Source of the DNA: Thermodesulfobacteriota bacterium
Lineage (GTDB): Bacteria; Desulfobacterota_D; UBA1144; Nemesobacterales; JAJCZQ01
DNA length: 64,000 nucleotides
Assembly (NCBI GenBank): GCA_965215275.1
Contig: OZ244044.1
Location: forward strand, 1,093,561-1,157,560
Reading direction: 5' to 3'
The notes under the pieces are model-generated. The model ran no database searches. It saw only the letters and a program-made list of their open reading frames with translations, and had not been told where the DNA came from. How positions within the stretch are numbered: position 1 is the first letter of the stretch; each line of letters begins with the position of its first letter. Of this stretch, positions 18,912-29,237 are shown one piece after another. Position numbers and translations under genes: made by a program.

Positions 18912-18941
18912 TGTTGTGATCCTCCTGCCTCTTCAGCTAAC

Positions 18942-19619
18942 TCACAGCCTCTCGATCTCAGAGGTCGTGCAGGGACTTAACACAGTACTGCAGCCTGAAC
19001 AGTTCTTTGCCGAAGGATGGTTCTGATGTCCGCAGCTTCGGCAGACGTTCGGTTCCATGGTCAGAGGGACCTTTTCAAGTCCCCTGGGAATTTCGCCGTG
19101 GGCTTCTGACCTTTTAACGGCAACGACAATGTACCCAAATATATTAAGAAAAAACCCTGAAAAGAACCATGGAATTGGCTTCAGACCTTTCTCAACCGCG
19201 CAGTGAGAGGTTATTGCTCCAAAAACCAGACCTATAAGAACGTAAATACCAAAAACAAACCATCCCATTGAAAGCCGTTCAGATAACGTTATATCTTCCG
19301 TGAATAACGCTCCTTTGGGTTCGAACTTTGAAAAATACTTATCTCTGCTGTCTAAAAATATGCTTAAGGCTTCTTTCTTCATAGGAACCCTCCTTCCTTT
19401 GACCAGAAGAACTATATCGTCGTGATCCAGGGACAGACCTGACACTACACAGCGGTCCCCGGAGTGTACTTCAACAACAGGGTAGGGATTTTCAACACAG
19501 CTGGCCTTTTGAGGATGATAAAGAAATAAAGAACAGAACACTAAAAGAAATACACCTGTCAGGAAACAGTTATTAAAACTTATAACATCAGACGGCATTG
19601 TTATCCCTTCTCTCATCAT
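18942..19619 (-). CDS. membrane protein with a C-terminal double zinc ribbon (hypothetical)
   Basis: 225 aa, TM segments, C-terminal CRSCGH...CSGCS. Confidence 0.45.
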   Translation of the reverse strand: MMREGITMPSDVISFNNCFLTGVFLLVFCSLFLYHPQKASCVENPYPVVEVHSGDRCVVSGLSLDHDDIVLLVKGRRVPMKKEALSIFLDSRDKYFSKFEPKGALFTEDITLSERLSMGWFVFGIYVLIGLVFGAITSHCAVEKGLKPIPWFFSGFFLNIFGYIVVAVKRSEAHGEIPRGLEKVPLTMEPNVCRSCGHQNHPSAKNCSGCSTVLSPCTTSEIERL

Positions 19620-20355
19620 ACTGATTATAATTATATCAGCATAAAGATTTACTTACATTTTTCGTTTTCTATAATTAGTTCCCCATATTGAGTATAATAC
19701 AGAGAAAATTATATAATTCAGCAACGAAAGCGAGCAAAGAACCTGATAGCACTATAAGTTTTGGTAATAATATATAGCAATATGTTAAACAAACAAGAAC
19801 ATACAGCTGAAATGAAAACTGATCGCAGAAAGGCTTGTCCGTACAGCTCAGCTTACAAGAGGTCAGACGGGTGTTTAAAATAACCTGTTTTTATAACCGT
19901 GCTTTACAAAAAATGAAGTTCACAGAATAACAAACAGTATGATCAGACAGAGTAACAGCATGGTAATGGAAGATCTGCAGGCAGATAAGATGATTAAAAA
20001 CGGACCTTTATCTGAAAGAGCATTTAACTGTGGTGATTCTGAAGATAAAGACATAAATGCCGATATAAATATCCTTAACGGGTATTTATCTGTATCGGGT
20101 GGGACAACTGAAGAACAGCTGCCGGCAGGTTCCAAGGATATAATGGGTCAAAAGAAAACGGGGACAGAGCAGTCCTGCGATCAAAACAGTATAATCAGTT
20201 GCTGCGGGTAAAACTGATCGTATATCCCTACAATATTGCATCTATGCAGGACACACGGGTGAAAGAAAAACAATAAGAACAGGTAACAGCATCCTTATCA
20301 CGGTTGACTATAATCACGCGTTTTTAAACTTAAGACTTCTTTTGAGATAACTCTA

Positions 20356-21366
20356 TTGACCATTTTTACAGCAGTTGCGATCATATTATCGGTTTTTCTC
20401 GCATTGAACATCGGAGCCAATAATTCGGCTGCCTCAATGGCTACATCCTACGGGGCCGGGGTAAGGTCCAAAAGACAGGCCGTTATACTGATCGCGATAT
20501 TCGCACTGCTTGGAGCCGTAGTTGCAGGTGCACCGGTAGTGCAGACGATCGGTAAGGGAATAGTCTCCACCGAAGTCCTGACCGCTAACTCGATCCTGAT
20601 CCTGATCGTGCTTCTGGTAGCAATTATATTCACTACGTGGGCAAACGTCGTGAAAACCCCCATTGCCACAACCCATGCGATCGTTTGTGCACTTGTGGGA
20701 GTGGGCCTTTATGCAAATTCTCTGAATGAAGAGAAATTCCTCTACATCGTTGCCTGGTGGGTCCTGTGTCCCATTGTAGCTTTTTTAATTAATTTCCTTG
20801 TGGCAAAATTTTTCTATTTCAAAATAGTTCAGTACCTTGCAAACAATTTTGCCGAGAAGAAAGTCAATACGATACTCACGGTCTTTGTAACGATATCGGG
20901 AGTGTTCCTTGCCTTTTCAGGCGGGGCCAACAACTCCGCAAACGCCGTGGGACCACTGGTGGGACTCGGTCTGGTAACCTCTTCGGACGGTGCTATACTG
21001 GCGGGATTTGCAATGAGCATCGGGGCTCTGCTCCTGGGAGGAAGAGTACTTGAGACCGTCGGAAAGGAAATTACCGAAATATGTCTTACAAGGGCAATTT
21101 CAGTGGAATTTACCGGGGCAACTATAATCCTTATTTCGTCACTTGCAGGAATTCCCGTCTCAATAGCTGAAATAATAACTTCCGGTATAATAGGTTTTTC
21201 ATGTGCACAGCATGGATTTGGGGTCACAGCTAAGAACAGACACGTTATGAAGATCGGATTTTTCTGGGTGGTAACTCCCTTTTTAGCTATCATATTAAGT
21301 TATGCCATGTCATTGTTATACTTTGACTACGGACTTGCAGAAGCTATCAATCTGGGACTCCCTTAG
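20356..21366 (+). CDS. cysP: PiT-family permease, probably sulfate permease CysP given the linkage to cysH
   Basis: 336 aa with duplicated PiT signature (NIGANNSAASM / GGANNSANAV). Immediately followed by a PAPS/APS reductase gene, as in the Bacillus cysH-cysP arrangement. Confidence 0.65.
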   Translation: MTIFTAVAIILSVFLALNIGANNSAASMATSYGAGVRSKRQAVILIAIFALLGAVVAGAPVVQTIGKGIVSTEVLTANSILILIVLLVAIIFTTWANVVKTPIATTHAIVCALVGVGLYANSLNEEKFLYIVAWWVLCPIVAFLINFLVAKFFYFKIVQYLANNFAEKKVNTILTVFVTISGVFLAFSGGANNSANAVGPLVGLGLVTSSDGAILAGFAMSIGALLLGGRVLETVGKEITEICLTRAISVEFTGATIILISSLAGIPVSIAEIITSGIIGFSCAQHGFGVTAKNRHVMKIGFFWVVTPFLAIILSYAMSLLYFDYGLAEAINLGLP

Positions 21367-21380
21367 GCTGGATTAAAACA

Positions 21381-22106
21381 ATGGAACTGAACACAGAACA
21401 CGTCAGACATTTGAACGACAGGTTTGCCAAAAGATCCCCTGAGAGCATTTTAAGCTGGTGTATTGACGAACTCCACCCCAAGGTTGCCCTTGCAACGAGT
21501 TTCCAGTCGCAGGGGATGGTACTTATCGACATGCTCATGAAAATAAACAAAGAAGCAAGGATATGCACAGTTGATACCGGAAGACTTAACCAGGAAACCT
21601 ACAACATCATTGACGAGGTCAGAATTAAATACGGCACGGACATAGAGGTGATCTTTCCCGATTATAACGAAGTGGAAAAAATGGTAAGTGAAAAAGGGAT
21701 AAATCTTTTTTATAAAGGTATGGAGAACAGGCTTCTCTGCTGCAGGATCAGAAAAACCAATCCCATTAACAGATATCTTGAATCTCTTGACGGATGGATA
21801 ACCGCGATCAGAGGAGAGCAGTCGGTTTCAAGGGCAAATACCCAGAAATTCGAAATCGACACCATACATCATAACATGCTGAAAATTAATCCACTCGTGG
21901 AATGGACCGAGGAGATGATCTGGGACTATATTAAATCCAATAACCTGCCTTATAACAAACTCTATGACAGGGGTTACAGAAGTATAGGATGTGAACCTTG
22001 TACAAGAGCGGTAAAAAAAGGAGAAGACGCCCGAGGTGGCAGATGGTGGTGGGAATCGGATTCCATCAAAGAATGCGGTATTCACTTTGATTACAACCAA
22101 GATTAG
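21381..22106 (+). CDS. cysH: phosphoadenosine phosphosulfate / adenylylsulfate reductase (thioredoxin-dependent)
   Basis: 241 aa, PAPS_reductase fold, C-terminal CEPC motif. Confidence 0.8.
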   Translation: MELNTEHVRHLNDRFAKRSPESILSWCIDELHPKVALATSFQSQGMVLIDMLMKINKEARICTVDTGRLNQETYNIIDEVRIKYGTDIEVIFPDYNEVEKMVSEKGINLFYKGMENRLLCCRIRKTNPINRYLESLDGWITAIRGEQSVSRANTQKFEIDTIHHNMLKINPLVEWTEEMIWDYIKSNNLPYNKLYDRGYRSIGCEPCTRAVKKGEDARGGRWWWESDSIKECGIHFDYNQD

Positions 22107-22151
22107 CCATTGGTCTATTTCAGATATTTAATGTAGACTGGGATACCTATT

Positions 22152-22733
22152 ATGAGCTTTGCTGAAAGTACAGCTATAGCCGGTGCGTTCTGGTCCCACT
22201 CTCCCGTTGTAGTTATAACAAGCAAGCACGACAAGGAGATAAACGGACAGGTTGCCGTAACCGTCGTGACGTCATCGATCGTTAACAGTATACCGAGGCT
22301 CATTGTGGGTATATGGAAAGGAAATTATACCCACGGCTTTATCTACAACAGTAAAAAGCTTAATATACACCTGCTAAGGCAGCAGCAGTTCGACCTTGTA
22401 AGGAATTTTGGATTCTACACGGGGAGAGAGGTGGAAAAATTCAAAAGCATCGACTACGGATCTGGCAACAACGGCTGCCCTGTTCTGGAAAACGTTCATT
22501 CATACATGGAGTGTGAAGTGCTTAATGCAATGGATGGTGGCGATATGACAGCGTTTCTGGTCAGCGTGACGGATGGAAAGATATTTAACGATGATAACTG
22601 GATGACGCTGAGCGATTTTTATAACCTCGCACCCCAGGAATGGATCGAAGAATACGGCAGGAAACTGGCACGGTCCGTACAGCATTCATTACCAATAATA
22701 CACAACATCAATTACAATCCGTTCAAAATTTAA
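22152..22733 (+). CDS. flavin reductase-like (FMN-binding split-barrel) protein
   Basis: 193 aa; weak flavin reductase-like domain similarity. Confidence 0.4.
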   Translation: MSFAESTAIAGAFWSHSPVVVITSKHDKEINGQVAVTVVTSSIVNSIPRLIVGIWKGNYTHGFIYNSKKLNIHLLRQQQFDLVRNFGFYTGREVEKFKSIDYGSGNNGCPVLENVHSYMECEVLNAMDGGDMTAFLVSVTDGKIFNDDNWMTLSDFYNLAPQEWIEEYGRKLARSVQHSLPIIHNINYNPFKI

Positions 22734-22968
22734 AAATAGAGCTTAAAAACCTCTAAAAACTAAATGCTCCGTAGAAAACTTATAGGTAAAAGTGGATATT
22801 AAACTGTCAATATATGGCTGTAAGAACGGAAATAGTCACTATATATAGTAGTTTCTTACGTTTTTTAAAAAATTAAGTTAAAAATTTAATTTTCTCTTGA
22901 CTTTTTGCTAAAACTGATTTATTTTTATAGTGAACATAAACAACATCATCCTTAATCCTCCTTTAACT

Positions 22969-23015
22969 AAACGGGAGCGTTTTCCGCTGTTCTCACTTTT
23001 AAAACGCTCCCGTTT
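22969..23015 (+). terminator. perfect 15-bp inverted repeat with a 17-nt loop (hairpin; possible terminator or protein-binding palindrome)
   Basis: aaacgggagcgtttt (22969-22983) pairs with aaaacgctcccgttt (23001-23015). No clear U-tract. Confidence 0.35.
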
Positions 23016-23148
23016 CTATTAACTCTGATAGACGTTCGGTGTAAATGTATCACCCGGCACTATGGTACTCACAACAGTAAATATCCGTAACGACCTTTAA
23101 AAATACCAGAAAATTATAGTAAAGTAATGCAAAGCACTAAATCAATAT

Positions 23149-23883
23149 TTGAGGATCTGCATGAAGACTAGACCAAGGATAAAATTCGCCATTCTGTTAT
23201 TTTCTCTGATCTTTCTGGTATCGGGTTGCAGGATCATAAAGCTTGCCAAAGTTAAGAACCAGATGGCAGATCCAAAAAATTTTAAAGTGACCGATGAGAA
23301 CGGACTTTCTCTGACCTTCCTAAAACCACTTATGAATAAAAAAGACGTAGCCTGGATTATGTCAACTGAACCAACCATAAGAAGTTCCGACGTATGGATA
23401 TATGAGATCAGAAAAAGGTACAGAGGAAACAGCAATGACAGAAATAACTTTGATATTCCCATCAAGCTGAACTTTACAAAAAACAAACTAAAGGTTGCAA
23501 CCTTGCCTGAACGATTTGCACAACACATTCCAAAACCTGTGTTTACTAAGTTCATTCAGTCATTTGGTAAGGGACGGCTGATCAAAAGGAAAAAAACCCT
23601 GCACGCTGTATATAAGGTCAACGATAAGTCGGAATTTCTTTCAACTCAAGACATTGTTGCTTTTTTGGGACTGCCGTACTACACGAAGGTGAAAGGAGAA
23701 AAAGAGAGTTTTGTCTTTCTATATAAAATACTGTCACCAGACGTTAATAAAAAGGTAGGGGTGAGATATGATTACCACTTCAACAGAAAAACTAAACTTC
23801 TGAGCAGTATCACTGCAAATATAAAGGGGTTTAACATCTTAATCGAATTCACTGAAGGTCAGGACGAAGGTATTTCGAAATGA
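23149..23883 (+). CDS. lipoprotein (hypothetical)
   Basis: Signal peptide plus lipobox LVSGC. The stop overlaps the ispE start (ATGA). Confidence 0.5.
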   Translation: MRICMKTRPRIKFAILLFSLIFLVSGCRIIKLAKVKNQMADPKNFKVTDENGLSLTFLKPLMNKKDVAWIMSTEPTIRSSDVWIYEIRKRYRGNSNDRNNFDIPIKLNFTKNKLKVATLPERFAQHIPKPVFTKFIQSFGKGRLIKRKKTLHAVYKVNDKSEFLSTQDIVAFLGLPYYTKVKGEKESFVFLYKILSPDVNKKVGVRYDYHFNRKTKLLSSITANIKGFNILIEFTEGQDEGISK

Positions 23884-24761
23884 GTTTCGTAACCCTGCTG
23901 TCTCCTGCAAAAATCAATCTGACCCTCAGAGTGCACGGAAGAAGACCCGACGACGGATACCATGAGATCACTTCCGTAATACAACCGGTCAATCTCTTTG
24001 ATACGGTTAAGATCGAGGCATCAGAAGGAAACGGCATTCTGCTGAATACACGGGGTATAGATATCCCGAGCGACAAAAGTAACCTGGCTTACAAAGCAGC
24101 AATGCTATACTTTAAAAAAGCCGATATACGGAAAAAAATAACTATCTCGATCGACAAGTCGATCCCCACTGGGAGCGGCCTTGGAGGTGGGAGTTCCAAC
24201 GCAGCGGCAGTGCTTGTCGGGCTTAACCGTCTGCTTAATGGATTAAGCGAAAATGAACTTATGAAAATATCTCCCAAGCTCGGTGCTGACGTGCCGTTTT
24301 TCATAAAATGCCGGTCCGCGGTCGTTGAAGGCATAGGCGAAAAAGTCACAATACTTAAAGACCTTCCACTGTTCCATTACGTGGTCATTTACCCTAAATT
24401 CGGAGTTTCAACCGTGGAAGTTTACAAAGAATGGGACAAACTGAACAGTGGAATCAATGACCAAAAACCTGAACGTGAAAAGTTAGAGCAGGTTTTTCTG
24501 GGTCCCGAACTGGAACCGCTCGTGTTTAACGACCTGGAAAGGCCTTCTTTCAATGTATGTCCTGCTCTGAAAAAATACAAGGAGTTGATGCATTCCCTGG
24601 ATACAAAGTTGGTAATGATCTCCGGGAGCGGTTCTTCCTTATTTGCCTTATTCAGAAAAAATAAGCCGGCCGAAGATCTATACAAATATCTATCTTCAAG
24701 CAAGGAAATCGATACCTTCTTGCTAAAGGGAATATCAGGCTGGCACCGTTTGGCGTATTAA
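23880..24761 (+). CDS. ispE: 4-diphosphocytidyl-2-C-methyl-D-erythritol kinase
   Basis: 293 aa, GHMP kinase motif PTGSGLGGGSSNAAA. Confidence 0.85.
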   Translation: MSFVTLLSPAKINLTLRVHGRRPDDGYHEITSVIQPVNLFDTVKIEASEGNGILLNTRGIDIPSDKSNLAYKAAMLYFKKADIRKKITISIDKSIPTGSGLGGGSSNAAAVLVGLNRLLNGLSENELMKISPKLGADVPFFIKCRSAVVEGIGEKVTILKDLPLFHYVVIYPKFGVSTVEVYKEWDKLNSGINDQKPEREKLEQVFLGPELEPLVFNDLERPSFNVCPALKKYKELMHSLDTKLVMISGSGSSLFALFRKNKPAEDLYKYLSSSKEIDTFLLKGISGWHRLAY

Positions 24762-24829
24762 AAGGGGAAATACTCCCCACATCCTGATATCATTATCATT
24801 GTAAGAAAGGAAAGAGAAAGACATCACAC

Positions 24830-24858
24830 TTGACATCCGTTCATAATACGAGTAAAAT
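24830..24858 (+). promoter_or_regulatory. sigma70-type promoter (TTGACA, 17-nt spacer, TAAAAT) for paralog 2
   Basis: Sequence block from about 24800 to 25090 is about 85-90% identical to 8540-8830. Confidence 0.6.
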
Positions 24859-24904
24859 ATCAATGTTATGAAAAATCCAAACATAAAAACACGTAGTTCC
24901 ATTA

Positions 24905-24915
24905 CCCCCCCCCCC
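24905..24915 (+). repeat. homopolymeric C11 tract in the 5' UTR of paralog 2
   Basis: 11 consecutive C. Confidence 0.9.
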
Positions 24916-24976
24916 GTGTATACCTGAACTTTCAGTCTGGTATAAGTATTTTGTAAGAACAATGTTTAAGATAATA

Positions 24977-24985
24977 CCCCCCCCC
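24977..24985 (+). repeat. homopolymeric C9 tract at codons 6-8 of paralog 2; the frame is broken here
   Basis: ATG TTT AAG ATA ATA CCC CCC CCC ATC TAA. There is one extra nucleotide relative to paralog 1 before the tract, and the homologous frame resumes at 24975. Confidence 0.85.
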
Positions 24986-26559
24986 ATCTAAGTCATTACT
25001 AACGTTAGTCTTATTTCTTCTGATTATTATGGTCATAGCTGCAAAAGGGCAGAGCAGTCTGGAAGAAACATTATCTGAATGCAGAGGTATGAGTTCAGAC
25101 ACGGAAGATCCGTTATACGGATGTCAGTGGCATCTGAAAAACACGGGGCAGTTTGGTTTTTCCGGAAAGAGAATAACAGCAGGAGAAGATATAAACATAG
25201 AGGGAGTGTGGAACGAAGACGTATACGGTACCGGAATTAACATAGCAATAGTAAGTAACGGCATTGACCTTTCACATGAGGACCTTTCTGCTAAGGTCCG
25301 TTCCGGACTGAACTATGATCTGTCTGACAGTTCATCTTTTAGTGGAACACGAGCGGCAGGTGTAATAGCAGCAACTGGATATAACGGACTGGGAGTAAGA
25401 GGAACAGCACCTGGTGCGAGTATATACAGTTACAGGTTATCCGGTGATCTCAGTGAAGCGGACGCGGTGGTCCGTAATAAGGAAATAACTGCAGTATTGG
25501 TTAACGGCCGGGGATATGAGGAAGGAGCTTTTTTTCAGGAGGCTTTGGCTGAGTGGGAAGAAGGAGTGGAACTTGGAATAAGAGAAGGGTTTTATGGTAA
25601 AGGTGTGTTTTACGTCCGGGGAGCAGGGGACGGTCATGAGAATAACGATCAGGCTAATTTTTCTGAATATTCAAACTATTACGGAGTAACGGCTGTGTGT
25701 TCAACGGACGGTTCTGGAAAGAAGAGTTTATTTTCAGAAGAGGGAGTAAATCTATGGGTATGTGCACCTGGTTCTGATATTGTGACCACAGATAATAACG
25801 ACGGCTACGTTGTAACTTCCGGAACATTTCTATCAGCTTCACAGGTTGGAGGAGTGGCAGCACTGCTGAGAGAGATAAATGGACAGCTGAGCTGGAGGGA
25901 TATAAAGCTTATACTTGCGGGTTCAGCACGGCAGAACGATTTTTTTGATATGAGCTGGGAGACTGGAGCTGTTAAATACGGTTCTGATACGGAAAGATAT
26001 AAATATAATCCTAAGTATGGTTTTGGCGTGGTAGACGCAGAAGCAGCTGCAGAACTTGCAAAAAGCTGGAAAGGCGTTGGAGAGATGAGGACCATTACAG
26101 CTTCTTCAGATAATGAACTGACAATTCCTGATGGAGAAGGAGAAGCAGACGGGGTCCTTGTTTCCAGACTTATGATCCCGGACCTGGAGGAAATATTTAC
26201 GGAATTCGTTGAGGTAGAACTTGTTTTCTCTCATGACCGCTTACAGGACCTTGATATAAAAATAACCTCTCCTTCCGGGACAGTATCTGAACTTGTAAGG
26301 GAGTTTTCAGGGGAAGCGGAAGACGCTGATATCAGTTACCTGAGAAGAACACATCGTTTCGGGTCGGCAAAGCACCTCGGAGAAGACCCTTCCGGAGAAT
26401 GAATCCTTAAAATATCCGATACTGCTTCCGGAGATGAAGAAGCAGAAGATGGAGAAGAAGTGGGGACCTTACACTCATGGAGCATTAAGGTATACGGGAA
26501 TTTTTATCAGGGACATGGCAGTGAGATCACTACTAAAGCTATAAGTCTGCCTTTTATTG

Positions 26560-28800
26560 CTAATAAGGAATACACACAAAATACTTCAGTAGAAGACACG
26601 TATCCTGAAGCAACGGGAGATAATCCGCCTTATACTTATAGATTTGTTCGCGGTACATTACCAGATGGACTAAGCTTTGATCCTGACACCCGGGTGCTGA
26701 GCGGAACACCAACTACTGTAGGTAGGAAAACTGCTCAATATTTAGCAGAAGACGCAAGTGGAGATATAGCAAGGAGGACCTTCTTTATAACTATAACAGC
26801 AGGACCGCCAACCTTTTCAGGAGCAACGGTCCCTGAACAGATATGGACGGAAGGGGTAAGGATACCAACATTACGTTTTCCTAATGCAACGGGAGGTAAC
26901 GGAACTTTAACATACTTTTTAAGTCCTGCGCAGCCAGTTGGTATCAGCAGACAGGACAACAGGTTATTCGGAACACCTACGGAACCTCAAAGAAGATCTC
27001 TTTATACATGGACAGTCAGAGACAAAGATAATGATGAGGATATTATTGAGTTCTATATTACTGTAAGAGAGAACGTCCCTACCTTCGGAGGTCAGACCAT
27101 ACCTCAGCAGAATTATATAGTAGGCAGAACAATACAAAGATTAGTATTTCCTCGTGCAACGGGAGAGGAACCGTTAACTTACAATTTAGAAGGAGGTCCG
27201 ACTAATTTACCAGGTGGATTGAACTTAGTAAGTAATCCAACAAGTATAATAGGAACACCAACTACAACGGCGGACATTAATTACAGATGGACAGTTACGG
27301 ACAAAGATGGAGATAAGACAGAACTTCCGTTCAGGATGAAGATAAGGTCTGCATCTGAAGTACCGGACTTCGGCAGTGAGACGGTAGAAGATCAGGTGTG
27401 GGGTAACGGCAGAGCAGTAACGTTAACTCTGCCTCAGGCAACTGGAGGGAATGGAACTTTAAATTACAGTTTAAGCGGTGTTATACCAAATGGACTTACT
27501 TTTAACCAAAACACCAGAACGTTAAGTGGAACGCTCAACATTGTTGATACAAGTATATTACCTGTAACTGGAACTTATACCTGGAAGGTAACTGACTCTG
27601 ACTCAGATGATGACGGTGATTCTGACAGTATTACCTTCTCTATTACTATAGAAACTGATTCAGAGCCGAGCTTCGGAGGTCAGACCATCCCAAATCAGAC
27701 ATATATTGAAAGGACAACCTTCGGTCTTCCAGTAACGCTGCCTGAAGCAGTTACAAATACAGGGAATGGGACTTTAATTTACAGTTTAAACCGTAGTTTA
27801 CCTAGTGGTTTGAGCTTTGATCCTGCTACCAGAGTGATAAGTGGAACTCCAACTCATAGGCAACCTATTTTTTCAACTTATACATATAGGGTAAGAGATA
27901 ATGATGGAGATACGGCTAATCTGAGTTTCCGCCTGCAAATAATCGGTAACACCCGGCCAAGCTTTCATAATACGATAACAGATAAGGTGTATTATACGTT
28001 TACAGCAGTAACGGAAACGTTACCTGAGGCAGCACAAAATAATAATCCACCTTCAACTTACAGTTTAACTCCTGCATTACCTGATGGACTGATCTTTACC
28101 CCTGCTACCAGAGAGATAACAGGAACACCAACTGCTGCAATGTCTGAGACTGATTACACGTATACGGTTGCTGATCTAAATGGAGATACGGACGAGTTAA
28201 CATTCAGTATCACTGTATTGGCAGTAGCAGACACGGAACCGACCTTCGGCAGTGAAACTATAGATAACAAGGTATATATAAACTACGGAGAAGCAGTAAC
28301 GGAAACACTGCCTGAAGCAACGTCAGGGAATGCACCATTAACTTACAGTTTAAAGAGGGACCATTTTGGTAGTTTCACTACTGCTTTATTTAAGGGATTG
28401 ACATTTACTGCAAACACCAGAGAGTTAAGCGGAACACCCAATCTTGATATTCATCCAAGTCTATTTCCTGTAACTGCTACTCATACATATAAAGTAAGAG
28501 ACAATGATGGAGATACAGCAGAGATAATGTTCAGTATAACAATAGAAGAAGACAGCGAACCGGACTTCAGCGGTGTGACAATACCAGATCGTGTGTACAC
28601 GGGGAGAACAATAGAGCTGCCAGAGGCAGCGGGAGGGAATTTACCAGTTACTTACAGTATAACACCTGATCTGCCAGCTGGATTGAGATTTAACGAAGTA
28701 ACGCGGGAAATAAGTGGGACACCCAGGAGTGCATCAACAAGAACTTACACGTATACGGTAACGGACAGCAATGGAGATACGGATGATGCGACTTTCATGC
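26560..28800 (+). repeat. He_PIG/cadherin-like tandem repeat array of paralog 2; repeat number and sequence diverge from paralog 1
   Basis: At least 8 copies of LPxATGGNGTL(T/N)Y...GL(S/T)FxxxTRxxSGTP...YT(Y/W)xVxDxDGDT. Confidence 0.7.
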
Positions 28801-29237
28801 TCAGTGTAGAGGTTACTTCTACTCCAGGACCAACACCACCACGAGGACCAAGAACGTCAGGTACTGATTCAGGCGGAGGTGGAGGAGGATGTGCTGTATC
28901 AGAGCAGAGCAGCGTTGATGAAGATATTCTCGGAGTAATGACATGTCTGATACTTATACCTGTGTCAGTAACGATAAGAAGAAAGAGAAGAGCTCAGGTA
29001 AAGACTTAGCAATGCACTTCTTTCAAAGGTATTTCTGAGAGAATTGGAGTCTGGTTTTCTTTTATAAGTTCGTTGAGGAGAACGGGTGTATTACCGTGTA
29101 TTGAGCTATAGTATGTAATTCCCTTTATATAACTGTCAGTTATATAAGTTATTTAATTTTTCTTATGTCTGGTTATCAAGATAATTCCGAAGCTATCTAT
29201 ACAGATTTGCAGGACAGAAAAACTTATTACTTGGCTG

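Larger units (their letters stand above)
24962..29009 (+). pseudogene. paralog 2 of the kexin-like pseudoprotease/He_PIG-repeat surface protein. Out of frame at the 5' poly-C tract (signal peptide disconnected) and interrupted by an in-frame TGA (26400-26402) where paralog 1 has TGG (Trp).
   Basis: ORFs 25029-26402 and 26460-29009 are in the same frame, separated by a single TGA. The N-terminal 450 aa are about 85% identical to paralog 1. The triad substitutions (VSNGID, SGTRAAG, TSGTFLS) and the C-terminal GGGGGGCAVS...RRKRRAQVKT signal are conserved. Confidence 0.8.
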
